Below are positions 23,030 through 36,438 of a stretch of 64,000 bases of DNA, one piece after another (position 1 is the first letter of the stretch; each line of letters begins with the position of its first letter). This DNA is from Azolla caroliniana. Taxonomy: Eukaryota; Plantae; Polypodiophyta. A program made the translations under genes and the position numbers. Location of the stretch: positions 21,762,001 through 21,826,000 of the forward strand of contig JBHGNT010000006.1 in the NCBI GenBank assembly GCA_043228905.1, given 5' to 3'. The notes under the pieces were generated by a model, which was not told the origin of the DNA, did no database searches, and saw only the letters and a list, made by a program, of their open reading frames with translations.

Positions 23030-23700
23030 GAAAGCCCACAGTCTTTCGTGCCCATTTAGCCATGATTTTGTCTTTGAATCCAAACCATTGCTCCTTACCC
23101 TACACCACAAGATCCCATCAACCCTAAGCCCTTACAAAAACAAATGCTCATATTCAATCCTAAGCCATACTTACAAAATCATCAGACTCAAATCCTTGAA
23201 TGAACTCCTCAACCAACATTTGAATGGTTTGCATCACGTAATACCCACAATATGTCCCATTAGGTTGGGTCGGGATATGCAATACATGGAATTGCTCGTC
23301 ACTGATGATGCAATGGTCATGCACGGCGTTAGAGATATGTTGTATAGCCAACCTGGAGTGGCATTGAAGATGTTAATCACTCTTGTCTTCAACTTGCTCA
23401 TGTATGTTTGGCATGATCTGTTGTATTTTAGCTCCGGATCCAAAAAACACCTTATCGATTGCTTCCTTTCGTAGATGCTGAAGAATGAGGTGGGTGTGCT
23501 CTTCAAGGAGGTCAATTGCTCTTCTTCCTCTATCTTCAGCTCGCGAGGCAGTATTACACGAATGCCATGTGCCTCTATAAGTGAGCCTCCATCTCAACAA
23601 TCTTGCGAAACCATCGTACCGCTTTTCTACATGAATCTCCAACGATACTTGTGCGACGTTTGATACGTGTTGAGTCTCTTCCACACTTGAAGAGGGACAT
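23030..23700 (-). pseudogene. Ulp1/C48 peptidase-like remnant inside the MULE
   Basis: IPTQPNGTYCGYYVMQTI matches the Ulp1 QxNxxDCGxY/FV catalytic-Cys motif; His and Asp motifs not clearly recovered. Confidence 0.55.
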
Positions 23701-26609
23701 AGGGTCCACTACATCATTTGGTGTGACATTTGCATTAGAAAAACCCAATGTATACTTACTTCAATAATGATTACAAGAATGTACATCAACTCACCATTTA
23801 GTTTGACATCTTCAACAGATGGCCCCACGTCGTGTATGGGGTTCGTATCCATGTTCAAGTCATTCATAGGCTTTTTAGTAATGTTGTTTTCAACATCCAT
23901 GTCATTGGATTTGGGGCACCTAGCACCCTTTCTTACAAAAACCCTAAAACATGCTTCAAGTTAGCACACAAACATCACTATTTATACACAATATATAGTT
24001 GAGAAATGATTCAGGCCATACCTCCCTTCATAGGGTATTGTTTCAACCCAATCCGCATCAAAGTCTATGAAGGTCTTGAACCGACTAGCCATTTGTACAA
24101 ACCACATTCAATCTTCCATAATCACCAATATGTCCATTGCATTCAAGTCTTCAAATTTCACAATCCAAGCACATCGAGAAATCGTCAAATGCATGCAACA
24201 ATTTTTTATTGATATGGCTAAATAATTGGGAGGACACAAGTCAATATTTAATAACATTTGAAATATTCAATGGAGAAATGTGGAACATGCAAGGTGTCTC
24301 CAATAACATTTCGAATATGGCATATGAGAAGCAAGAAGAAAAAAAGGGATACAAAAGAAGCCCATAAAATTAGAGACACCACACAAACATGTTATTTATG
24401 GTGATTCAAATATATCACATATTAAAATGTTTGAAATATATCGAATGTCAAATCATACTTTGATTACAAAGCCTGTTGTATGTCTAGAACCATGATTGAA
24501 CATAGTTCTCTTGATTAGATACCGATGTAGAGTGGAAGAATTCAAACATTTAGAATATGGCATATGAGAAACTACAGAGAAAAAAATGGTTGTGGAAAGC
24601 ACGCTTGCTTCCAGCAACAAGAGAGAAAAGAAAGAGAAATGAATGAAGGCCATACCATTATAGATGCCTAAGACAGATATGCTATTTAAGGTCGTTCATA
24701 TTCATCGCAAACCATAAAATAAGATGACTAAGGATTAAAAACCTTGGATTTCCATATAATAAGATGTGATCAAATGTAATGAAATAAAAAGAGATAACGA
24801 TGTAAAAAATAGAAATAACCATCAAAATACATACCTATTATCACCTTCGTTTTGTAAATCGAATGAGGATGGTGGGTGGTTGGTAAGTGCTCCTGGCGGC
24901 AAGTGGCGCTCCTCTTTGATTCTTCCTCCAAATACCTTAAAACTCTGTTTGAAAAATAGGTTCAAAATGATAGATTCAAGGTTTTTATAGTCAGTGCTCA
25001 TTAATGAGCAGGCCTCCTAATCGGGCTCTTGATTAATGAGCAGGGCTCTTAGTCGGGCTCCCCAATAATTGACAATTTCTTCGTGCGTTTTTTTTACCAC
25101 ATCGAACGGTGCAGATCGCACGTGCCCTCATTTGAGAGACCTACACCATCCCTCTCCGCAATTCCCTCACTTGCCCTCTTCAATTTTTGTATGTAGTTAG
25201 ACACGTCAGTGTGCATGCATGTATATATGTATGTAGCTCGTTTCTATTTGCAACCAAATCATAATTAGGCTTGGTGAGGAAATCACGGTCACAGACGGTG
25301 TAGGACACATTTCAAATGGCGCGTGCGATTTGCATCGTTCAATCTCTATCCACATAAAAGTATGCACCTAAAACCTAACATCAGCTCTAACGAGCCTCTG
25401 TCACATCTAACTCGGTTCTAACCAATGGATCTAGCAATGGGCACGGTTTCGGCTCAAACCGAACCGAACCATTAAACCACGATTTAACCGTTTATTGGTT
25501 CCAAAAAAATTTAATGGTTTGGATTTTCAATAAACAGTTCGGTTCGGTTTTAAAACTTGGGTTGATAGGTTTATAAGTTTGGTTTAAAGGTGTAAAGATA
25601 AATATGTAGCGGAAGCTAAACAGATCACAACCGGCTTAGCCGAACAGCAACAGAAACTAGAGAGAATGGAATACACAGAGTAGGTGAGATAGAGAGAGCA
25701 AGATGATGAATGTCTATTTCAAAAATGCTCTATAAAACTTTGTACATATAAATGTGCTCTCTGAGCACTATTTATACAAGTCTATAAAGGACTGACTGAA
25801 GTATTGACAAGTACTTCAATGCTCGTACTGAGCTATGACACAGACTCCCAAACATATATGCCTATCTATTAGGCTAGGATCGTAGGCCTCTAATGGCCTA
25901 CCGGTTACACTCATATCTGGACACTGGTCCGACTCTTGGCTTATTCAGTCGATCTGGATCATGTTGAGCTTATCCTCTCAACACTCCCCTCAAGCTCAAC
26001 CTGAGGTTGGTTTGTCATGTCAGTCATTGTCGTTCCTTGCTTCCGGTTTCTCTTGATGTCTTCACGCCTCGATTGCGCTCCTCAACCCGTCCAGTCCCAC
26101 TTTCCATGACCCGTTCAATTCCGCACACCTTGACCTTCTCAGTCAGCTTGTTTGCTCATCAAGGCCATCTAAGCTCCTTCATTGCTGTGACTTCGGCACT
26201 TCTCGACCCATTGGCTCCTCCGTGTCGTCGTCAACTTTTGTTTCCTTCTCGTCCGTTTGGCCTTCTCTTGATTCGGCTTGTCTGAATCAAACCATTCGAC
26301 TAAATTGGCTGCCTTCGATTCATTCCTGCTCTTGTCTTAATTGACTATCTCCAATTCGCCTTCAATCTTCAAGCCCTTCACCACATCAGACCACATCCGG
26401 GTCTTGGCCTTCATCTTCCGGTCAGCTCTCTCCTTCGTGACTCTGCCACTGTTGCCGCTTGTTTCGAGTTTATCAGATGTGCCCATTGCCTACTTGATCA
26501 GTCGACTGGGCTTCCTTTTTCTTCTTGTCTCCACTTGTTTCAATATTTTCCTCCTTTCCAGTTGCTTCTCCGGTGCCTTTACATGTTCTCCTGGTTCCTA
26601 TTCTAGTTC

Positions 26610-29600
26610 TCCCCCTCAAGTACGACATGTTGAGATGTTGTAACCCAAGTATCTACAAAAAATGTTGCAACTTGTCGGATCTGAGTGCCTTGATGAAGAT
26701 GTCGGCAACCTACCGATCAGTTCGAACATACCGGAGTTCAACTTCACCGCTCAAGACCCACTCATGCACAAAGTGGTAATGCACTTCTATGTGCTTTGTG
26801 TAAGCATGGAAGACAGGGTTCTTGGCGAGTTGCATGCTACTCATATTGTCGCAGTAGATTGGATCAGAGTTGGTACTTCGATCCGAAGGTCTTGTAGGAG
26901 CCGTCGAAGCCATATGGCTTCACAGGTCGCGGTGGTAGCTCCTCGGTACTCACTCTCAGTGCTTGATAGAGCCACTATTAGCTGCTTCTTGCTACTCCAC
27001 GCAACGGCCGCGCTACCAAGAGAAAACATAAAGCCGAACGTTGACCGCCGATTCGATGCATCACCAGCCCAATCGACATCTGTATAACCGACTAGTTGTT
27101 CGGTTATACCATGTTGGTACAACCGTCCTTGATCCTTAGTGCCGCTCACGTATCTCATTAGTCGATACACGCACTGAAGGTGCTCAACAGTTGGGCACTG
27201 CATACACTGACTGATCACCCCGACCAGGTAGCTGATGTCAGGTCAGGTGATGGTTAGGTAGATAAGGCTTTCGACAATTTTTCAGAACCATTTCTCGTTG
27301 CAGGCCGGTCTGGAGACAGGACGTAGCTTCTGATTCCGGTCACGGGGTGTTGAGACCGGTCGGCAATCCGTCATGCCGAACTTGAACAACATATTCAACA
27401 CATAGTGTCTCGGTGACAATAGTATGCTGCCAGGGGTGTGGATCACTTTGATTTTGAGGAAGTAGTGAAGGTCCCTCAGGTCCTTCATCTCAAATGATGC
27501 CGCAACTTGAGACTTCACGCAATCGATTTCCTCTAGGTTGGTGCCGGTGATGACTAAATCATCAACATAAAGTAAAAGACTTATCGGCCCATTCCGACCT
27601 TGCTGGATGAAGAGTGAAGAGTCTGACATGGATGTGGCAAACCCCATCTGATGCAGGCGCTGCATGATCTTCGCGTTCCAGGCAAGCGGGGCCTACTTTA
27701 ATCCATAAATGGACTTCTTTAGTCATATTCAATCTGGATTGAAATCCAGGTGGCTGCACCATGTATACCTGTTCCTCAAGTTCTCCTTGCAGGAACCTAT
27801 TCTTCACATCCATCTAGTGCAAATGGGATCCCTTTGCCGCGGCGACCGCAAGCAAGACACGAACAATCGCCATCTTCGCGACCGGTGTGAACGTCTCATC
27901 ATAGTTGATGTTGTGTTGTTGCGCATAACCCTTCGCCACTAACCGAGCCTTATACCATTTGACGAAGCCATCAACGTTGTACTTGATCTTATGCACCCAC
28001 CTGCATCCGATGGGCTTCACGCCCCAAGGGACGTCAACCAGGTTCCAAGTCTCATTCTCCATTAGTGCTCGCATTTCTTCCTCCATTGTGGCACGCCAAT
28101 TTGCATCTTTTTCTGCTTCTACGTAGCTCTCCAGCTCACGCACTTCTGCCACCTTTTTCATGTATGCATAAGGATGCACCATATACTCATTATATCCATA
28201 CTACTTCACAGGATTCTTCTGGCAGGTCGATCATCGTAACTTCTCGTTTGCCGATTTGAGGGCCCTCAAGGCTGACTTAGACTTCATTTTTGAAGGTCTA
28301 TCTTCATGCTTTCCGTAGTTGGATTCGCTACGATCCAACTCTTCCTTCTCCATGCCGTACTCTGACATCTTCTTCTTCCCGATTTCTTTACGCGTGAATC
28401 GTCTCCTCGGTTCCTTGCGCGGGGAATGCACAACCGAGTCCGCATCGCTCGTCGGCTCTTCATCCGACTAGTCGATCCGACTCAGTCTTTCATTTGGCCC
28501 ACTCAGTTGGAATGAAATCAGACTCTCCTCTAGACCTCTGATGTCTTCTTCTTCTTCTTCCTGGATCTTTTTGGGCTCATTGGCCTCATCCTAAGTGATC
28601 GGGTGGTCGGAGTTGTCGGGGGTCAGAGTTGGAGGCGTTAGGGAGTACCATGATGTCGACTCGTCGAATTCGACATTGCGGGTTGGGTTACTCGAACTTG
28701 TTTGGTCTGGGAGTTATAACACTTATACCCCTTCTGCTCATGAGAGTAGCTGACCAATATGCATTTCTCCGACTTTGGGTGCAACTTCCTCCTCTTCTCA
28801 TTGGGCACATGCACATTGGCAATGCTACTGAATATCCTCAGGTATCGTAAGTTCGGGTTCCACCCGAAATACAACTCGTGTGCCGACACCTTCTCCCCAA
28901 TCTGATTTTGGATGTAGATCGCAATTCGAACCACTTCGGCTCAATAGAATTTGGGCATGCTCTTTTCCTCCAACATCGTCCTTGCTGCTTCCACAACTGA
29001 CCAATTCTTCCTCTTAGCTACACCATTTTGTTCCTGCGTATATCTGCAATTGAATTCTTGTCGAATTCCTTTCTGTTGCAAATAACTATTGAACTGGCTG
29101 GAAAAATATTCTTTTTGCCATCCAACCGCATGCACTTTATCTTCCTCTTCGTTTCCTGTTCGACTAAGCTTTGTAAGTTTTGGAAATAGTCGAAGACTTC
29201 CTTTTTCTTCTCAATGAGGTAGATCCATGTGTGCTGGCTGTAGACATCGATGAAGGAGACGAAATATCGGCTCAACTTAAGCTCACATTCTGTGCCAGTC
29301 CCCATACATCTGAACGTATCAAGTCGAGCTTGTTCCAGCTCCAATTTCGCTCGTTAGGGAATGGAAGTCAATGTTGCTTCCCAAGCTGGCAGGCTTCACA
29401 AATTTGGGCCTTCTGGCCACTAAATTTCGGCAATCTGAATACCACTTGTTTTGATTGCAGTCCTGAAGCCTTTGGTAGTTGACATGACCGATGCGCTTGT
29501 GCCATAAGTCGATATCCGACTCGACTTTCTGTCCTTTCATGAACAAAGTAGTGCCAAAGTCATTGGTGTCAAGGATGAACATCGTTCTGTCCTGGCACCC

Positions 29601-30919
29601 TTGTGTGATGATTTGGCCCTCTTCCTCGATGAAGCACCCAAGATGGGTGAATCGAACTTGCATTCCCTGATCGACGATTTGGTCGACTGACACTAGGTTC
29701 TTTGTTTTTGTCGGGACATGCACCATGGTCATAAGTTTCCCCTTCTTTTCGACATGGCTGAGGGGAACTTCCCCGACATGTTCGATCAGGTGCGGAGTGT
29801 CGTCTCCGGTTTTGACAACTCTTGGTTGCTCCGGTTTCTCTAGATATGAGAACCATTCTTCATGGATCCTCATATGATTTGACGCTCCAGAGTCAACATA
29901 CCATACCTCAATCCGATTGTGAGGTGTCTGCTTCATCGAGTTTGCCTTGTGCTTCATCACAACGGCTGACCCTTTTCCGATTTTTCCGGTTTTGGATCCT
30001 TCCGATCCTTCATCGTAGTGCGACCGCTATGATTTCCGTGTTTAGCTTTGTCGGGTCCGGATTTGTCCGAATAGACATGCTTTTTCCAACACTCGCTCTC
30101 TCGGTGGCCCTTCTTGCCACAATATCAACATTCCGTGTTGGCCTTTCCTTGCCGGTTCCTTGCCGTTTTTCAGCGCCGCTTTGACTCCCCCTGCTCCTAG
30201 AGGAACCAGAATTGTTGTCGGCATGATGATTATGCCTTCGGTGTTGCATTTGTCGGCCACCTCCATTGCATGCCAACTTGCCTCGTCCACCACGACCACA
30301 AGTTCTATCCTCCTTTGTGTGCAACATTTTGTTGTCAATGTGCATGCTCGTCGACACACCAGTTCTCTTCAATGAGAAGAATCGATTGCAACTCGAAGAA
30401 TTACGATGTACTCTCTCTTGTGCAAACCGCCATCCGGAATGGTCCGAACTTAGAGGCTAACCCACTGAGACAAACCTGCATCATTTCGTCCTCCTCAACG
30501 GTCACGTTGATGGAGGTGTGAGAGTCGCAGATGTCTTTGATCCAGGAGCTGTAATTAGCCACCGACATGTCTCTTTGCCAGATGTTGCTCAACTCCTGTC
30601 TACGATGTAGCTTTCTGGCTATGGTGCTTGCGGCGAATATCTTCTTCAGATTTCCTCAATCCTCCTTTGGCATTTTGGCATCCCAGATGTAGCTTAGTAG
30701 CTTATCACCAACACTAGATGCGAAGTAGTAGAGAACTCTGTTTGCCGCCTGTTCCCAAGCCGGAAAATCCTTGTGTGTCAAATCCGGTGCTGAATCATTC
30801 GCTCCTTCGACATAACTCCAATATCTGAATCGGAGCAAGTACTCGTGCATCTTGTATGACCATGATGAATAGTTGTTTCTGTTCTTCATCGGAAGCGAGC
30901 TTCCCATACCTCTGTCCAT
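26610..30919 (-). pseudogene. Copia-2 gag-pol remnants
   Basis: [44 protein letters not shown] spread over many broken frames. Confidence 0.9.
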
Positions 30920-31120
30920 TTCTCTTCTTGTCTGTTCTTATCGGGTGTTAGGTCTTGGTTTGTGTTGAAGGCTCTTGTTGGTAGGAAAGGATGTTCAACC
31001 CTCGCGCTCTGTTACCATGTAAAGATAATATATGCGGAAGCTAAACATATCACAATTGGCTCAGCCGGATAGCAACAGAAACCAGAGAGAAGGGAATACA
31101 TAGAGCAGGTGAGTGAGAGA

Positions 31121-33540
31121 TAGATAGATAGATAGATTATATTATCGTCTTTGGAGGTCAAATATGACCTATGAGACCAAAAATATTACATTTCACGTGA
31201 TACGTGTGAAAGTGAGTAATGAATCTCGTTGTTCAAGAACTTTACTAATGAATGTTGCAATCGAGAGTGCACATTGTGGTTGTGAGAGGAATTCATGCAA
31301 GGATTTGGCTCGGTCGAAGAGATGTGGAAAGCATGGTCGGATATGATCAAAGGCAGAGCATTGTATCAAAGTGTGATACTCAGACTCGTGAACTTGTTTA
31401 GGGCAAAGTGTGCATAGCCGACCACTCTCATTACTTGTGCCCCAATGCCCTGCCTCACATCGTAATGCATGTGAGCTAAGTCGCATGGAAGCAATGGTTC
31501 TAATGGCAGATAACGGTATAGACTCTAACATGTATTGATGTGTATGGTTTTCCCGTTCCGCGAATAATATGGTTTTGTAGTTAGGTGCAACATGTGTAGT
31601 ATAATGTGTGAAGCGTGAGCCTTCACATTTGTCCCATGTCATGATACATTGGCACTGCAAAAAGGCCTCATTTACAGAGGAATCTAGTGATGCATCATGA
31701 AGCAAGTGTCTCGCATCCCATCTACCAAACCATTTTTCTATATATTACATCCAACCGGAACACAAAATTTTGCTTTTATGTGTCTTTGGATCTTTTTGAT
31801 TGCTTCCCATGCAATTCTAGGAAGTCGATGTGAGGGACTTTTTTGAACCTTAAGCATGTATTCAACAACCCTTTCCATAACCATGATCTCAATGGGAAGC
31901 GTTCTTGTCTCAAGGAGGAGGGTGTAGGGCATTTGTTTCTTAACTTGTAGAAACTTGGTAAGAAAATGCTTTTGGACATTTTCAAACTCTTTCCACATAG
32001 ATTTAGGGATGCTACCGCCCCATACTCCACCCCATAGAGAAGAACCGGTGTCACCAAAGTGTCGAAAATATATTTCTTGAGGACCCAACACTTCATATCT
32101 CCAAGATTGCATGTGTTCTCAAATGCATAGTATTCTCGCTTACCTGTCTCTAAGCGGTGTGTAGTACATTCATTCCATCTATTATTTGAAGGAACTTCAA
32201 GGCCAAGATATTCGAAGCTTTCTACACATTCAAGTGGCTCATTGTTGTACATAATGCATGCTTTATCTCTTTTTTGGATCTTCACAAACATAATCTTTGT
32301 TTTAAAGCTATTGACACTTAATTTAGTATGCATGCAAATTTTTTCCAATGCCGTCATAAGCTTTTGTGCATCTCCTAAAGTATTTGCAAAAAACACTACA
32401 TCATTTGCATATAGCAAAAGCATAATCACAACATTCCCAATGGCAACTTCTTCAACACATTCTTCCTTTGCAAGCTTGGTAACCATTTCTTCCAATTCAT
32501 TAATGCATAGACCAAATAGTGTTGGTGAGAGTGGGCATCCTTGCTTAACACCAATAGTGCTTTTGAAAAAAATCTGAAAGATTATCTCTCATACACACAC
32601 AACATATAACCTTCCCATAAACTCGAGAAATTGCAAGCATATATTCACTTGGCACCTCAAGTTCTTCCATTCGCCTCCAAAGATGTTCACGAGGTACCAT
32701 ATCAAAAGCTTTCTTGAAGTCTACAAAGCAACAATATAAACCTTTATCTCTAAGGTGTCTTTCCTCCATTAATACTCGAAGCGTGACAAGGTGATCAATG
32801 GTGCTATGGTGTTTTCGAAAGCCAGCTTGTCCATAAGCTCTCTTACCATTTATTTCAGCCCATACACTTATCTTTGATTTCATTATACATCCAAATAGTT
32901 TTGCCATTAATGAGCCAACCATGATGGTTCAATAGTTGTTTACATTATTTACATCTCCACCTTTATGTAAAGGTTTGATCCAATTTGTAGTCCAATCGTA
33001 CGACATACCATGTTGCAATGCATCATTAAACATATCGCTTATCCATACATGTGCTTCCTTTTCCATCCATTTGAGCATTTCAACCTTTATACATTGAAGA
33101 TTGCTTGCCTTTCGAGAGGCCAATTTCTTAAGTCCTATGCATATATCTTCAATTGTAAAGAAGGGAGACATGTAAAAGAGAACCATAACACATAAGCTTT
33201 CCGGCAAGAGATAACTCATATAAATTCTTACAATTCATAGACAAGTGGTGAAGAGTTAAGTCACCATAACTCTCAACACGTTTCCCCTTTAGATTTCCCA
33301 AAATTTAGCACATGCATGTGCTTTCTCTTGTGTTTGGATAAATTGTTGAGTAACTTCCCATATTCTTCTCTTTTTTTGAATAGGCCTTTTATACTCATGC
33401 AAATGCTTTTGGTAATTCTCTTTATCCTTAAACTACATCCAAAACCATAAGGCACTTTCGAGCTTCACGATATTCTTTATCAAACCATTTTTTCCTAAGT
33501 TTCTTGGTGCATTTCCAAGATGTGTAGTGGTCAAAAAACA
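31121..33540 (-). mobile_element. LINE-B: 5'-truncated RTE/RTEX-like LINE inside the Copia-2 5' LTR
   Basis: KWFDKE, QAGFRKHHSTIDH, CCFVDFKKAFD, GVKQGCPLSPTLF, LLYAND, RLCTLC...ESEYHTLIQC; (TATC)n tail at 31121-31136. Confidence 0.9.
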
Positions 33541-35096
33541 TTTCAAAAACGCTCTATAAAAAAACTTTGTACATACAAATGTGCTCTCTGAGCACTATTT
33601 ATACAAGTCCATAAAGGATTGTTGAAAGTACTGACAAGTACTTTAATGCTCGTACTAAGCTATGACACAGACTCCCAAACATATGCCTATCTACTAGGCT
33701 AGGATTGTAGGCCTCTAATGGCCTACTGGTTATACTCAAATCCGGACACTGATCTGGCTCTCCGTTCCGGACACCAATACAGACACCGATCCAACTCTTG
33801 GCTTATTTAGTCGATCTGGATCATGTTGAGCATGTCCGCTCAACAAAAGGTTTGTAGGTTTTTGGTTAACTTTTTCTTTACCTTAATAGTTTATTAATTT
33901 AATTGTTTTTTATTGATTTAACTTAAATGATTATTTAATTAAATTAATGTATTTTTATTTATTTAGATGTTAAATTAGTTTGACTTAAATGATTAGGTTT
34001 AAATTTTTCATTAAATGGTTTGGTTTGGTTTCACCTTTTCCCTAAATGGTTTGGTTTACTTTATCTTAAATGGTTTGGTTTAAATACTTGAGAGTTCATA
34101 AATGGTTTGGTTTGGTTTTTGCTTTATATAAATAGTTCGATTTCTTTGCCTTGAAACTGAACCGTGCCCATTGCTAAGTGGGTCTATCACATCTAACCCG
34201 GCTTTGACAAGCCTCTGTCGCACCTAACATGGATACATGCACTTAACCCAGGCACCAGAACATAACTCGACACATTCACCTACATGCACCTAACCCTGTT
34301 GAAATTTTTGAAGAGACCTTTAAAAAATAATAATTTAGGATTGCCCAAAAATATCAAAGACATTTGCATAAAACAAAATTTCAAAGTTTTACACATATAA
34401 ACGCACCAAAACTTTCGTCCAACATTGAATTTAAACAAAACGTCAACAATTTTAGGGCCATACATGTTTAGAGATCAAAATCTCAGAGTTGCACATGTAC
34501 AAATTCTAGCACTACAAACCTAAAAAATCACATAATGTAATGCAATAAAAATGAATATTTACAATTTGTCTTCTAGAACATGTTTCATTGATCTTATACA
34601 ACAACACACTTGTATTGGCCCTTCATTAATTTTGTAATAGAGTTTACAAGCTTAAGCATTACAATGGGCGAAATTACATGTCGGAAATTTACAATACATG
34701 AAAGGCATTTACAAGCCCAAAATGGCAAAATAGTCGACTTTAATACTAAGAGGTAAAATGACAGAATGTACAAGCCCAATATGGGATGGTGAAGAACATA
34801 ATGAGGTTACAAGTTGTGAAGGCCCAAAAAATCGGCGTGCCAAATTAGCAAACGTAAGGCATAGGTGGTCGACGTCATCATGACCATACTAGTGCTCTAA
34901 CCCCTATCAAAGGGGATTTATAAGAACCAATAATCGAGAATGACTATACAAAAACTAAATTAATAAGATACTTACAAAGTCTAGACATTTGAGGCCATGT
35001 ACGAACTCTTCCACAAACGTTTGAATTGTTTGGATTACATAAATTGATAGAACAATATGAATGCATGCATGATTAAAAGGAAATGTGTTTACTAAA

Positions 35097-35717
35097 TGTA
35101 CAGAATCGATGGTGATTCTGTGCAACGGAATAAGTTAGAGATGTGTTGTGTGTGCGTGTGTGCGTGTGTGCGTTTGAGAAGAGGAGAGGAGAGACACACA
35201 AGATAGATAGAATGGAAAATAGAATACTCAAGAAGATGTATATTACAAAGGAGATTAACCGACACATTACAAAGTAGTTAACCTCTCTCTTCATTGACTA
35301 TCGAAGCTCATCGGTCATGGGGAATGTGGAAACTCATTAGTTAGGTGTCATAGAATATGATTCTATGACACATAGTTAATGTGTAGAGAGTAGTGGTGAC
35401 TTTTGACCTTTGAGTGCTCATAGATTCTCAAAGGTGTGTTCACACGCTAGTCTAGGTTGAGCTTGATTCTCAACACGCCCCCTCAAGCTCAACTTGGGTC
35501 GGCTCCTTTCGGTTCATGTCCACTTCGGCTGGTACTCGGTTCAGATGATATCTGATTCTCTCTTCTACTCCCCCTTAAGCTTGGCAAGTCAGGGATTGTC
35601 AATCCAAGGTCTGACATGAATTGCCAAAGCTTGTCGGCTCCTAGGGATTTGGTGAAGATGTGAGTTGTCTAAAGATTTGTGTTGATATGTTGAAGGCGAC
35701 ATCTCCAGCCTGAACGC
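35097..35717 (-). mobile_element. Copia 3' LTR (35097-35475) plus PPT and RNase H end; relative of Copia-1 and Copia-4; truncated at 35717
   Basis: Reverse complement starts TGTTGAGAATCAAGCTCAAC; PPT; ...[24 protein letters not shown]. Confidence 0.88.
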
Positions 35718-36438
35718 TGTCGCGGTAATCTGCAGGTATGTGTTGAAATGGGTGGGACCACCGGGGTCTCGGTCCAAGGAGCCGGTGAGAGAAGAAGGTT
35801 GTATGGATCGATTTTCGGGTAACTTCGTCAGAATGGTTTCTGGACACGTATCTGTGTTAATGGGTGGGGGGTGAAGCCAAGAAGGGCTCCAACCCCTCTC
35901 CCAAGGGGGTTACGTGTGAGGAAACGAGAGAGAAAGAGAGAAATAAGAATGAGACAGAAAATGAGAGGGAAAAATGTATATTCATTACATGCCCATAAGG
36001 GGTTTATATAATACATCCAATGTAACGGTCACATGACTGTTATAAATAAGACCGTTGCGCATTCTTGTACACATGCACATAATTGTGCATGTGTCCATAC
36101 GCATACTCATCCTCACACACTCATACACATTACACACCTTAGACTTTACACACCATACACGTTACACGTTAACCTTCCCTTACACCTATACGGATAACAC
36201 TTGGCACGTTTGTGGGACAATGCATTGCACATTGAACCCACAAGCCCATCTCGAAAAACTCTTGTTGATTGGAATTCCATCAATCTTCTCTTCTCATGGT
36301 CGGAAATCCCTCGACCGGATTACTGCTCTACGATCGATAACTTCGATCGGAGCTGGCTTGACTCGAAACTTCTTGTTCGATCAAAATATCACACGATTGG
36401 ATCGCACATCAATCGTCTTATCCAATGTGATACCGTCA
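35718..36438 (-). repeat. LTR-like sequence (family L), copy A
   Basis: TGTCGCGGTAATC...GATACCGTCA with imperfect inverted ends; minus-strand TATA near 36010; homologous to 43780-44470. Confidence 0.6.

Larger units (their letters stand above)
17289..25205 (-). mobile_element. Mutator-like DNA transposon (about 7.9 kb) with roughly 120-bp imperfect TIRs
   Basis: 17292-17418 and the reverse complement of 25088-25205 share cgtgtctaacta..caaaaatt.aag.gggcaagtgagggaat.gcgg...cgtgcgatct.cacc.t.c.atgtgg; internal MULE transposase remnant; TSD not resolvable within the microsatellite. Confidence 0.82.
25591..33845 (-). mobile_element. Copia-2 LTR retrotransposon, heavily decayed
   Basis: 3' LTR 25591-25983; 5' LTR 31018-33845 split by a LINE; perfect TSD aaagg; PBS TGGTAACAGAGC at 31006-31017. 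Confidence 0.94.
25432..34176. mobile_element. hAT-like non-autonomous element (about 490 bp) split by Copia-2
   Basis: TIR TAGCAATGGGCACGGTT / AACCGTGCCCATTGCTA; 8-bp TSD aatggatc/agtgggtc (6 of 8 match); AAACC/GGTTT subterminal motifs. Confidence 0.85.
25236..35096. mobile_element. Second element of the same TIR family: left end, interrupted by a hAT MITE; right extent uncertain
   Basis: 25273-25345 (gtgaggaaatcacggtcacagacggtgtagg...atggcgcgtgcgat) matches the TIR at 17331-17400; gcctctgtcacatctaac repeats occur on both sides of the MITE. Confidence 0.6.
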
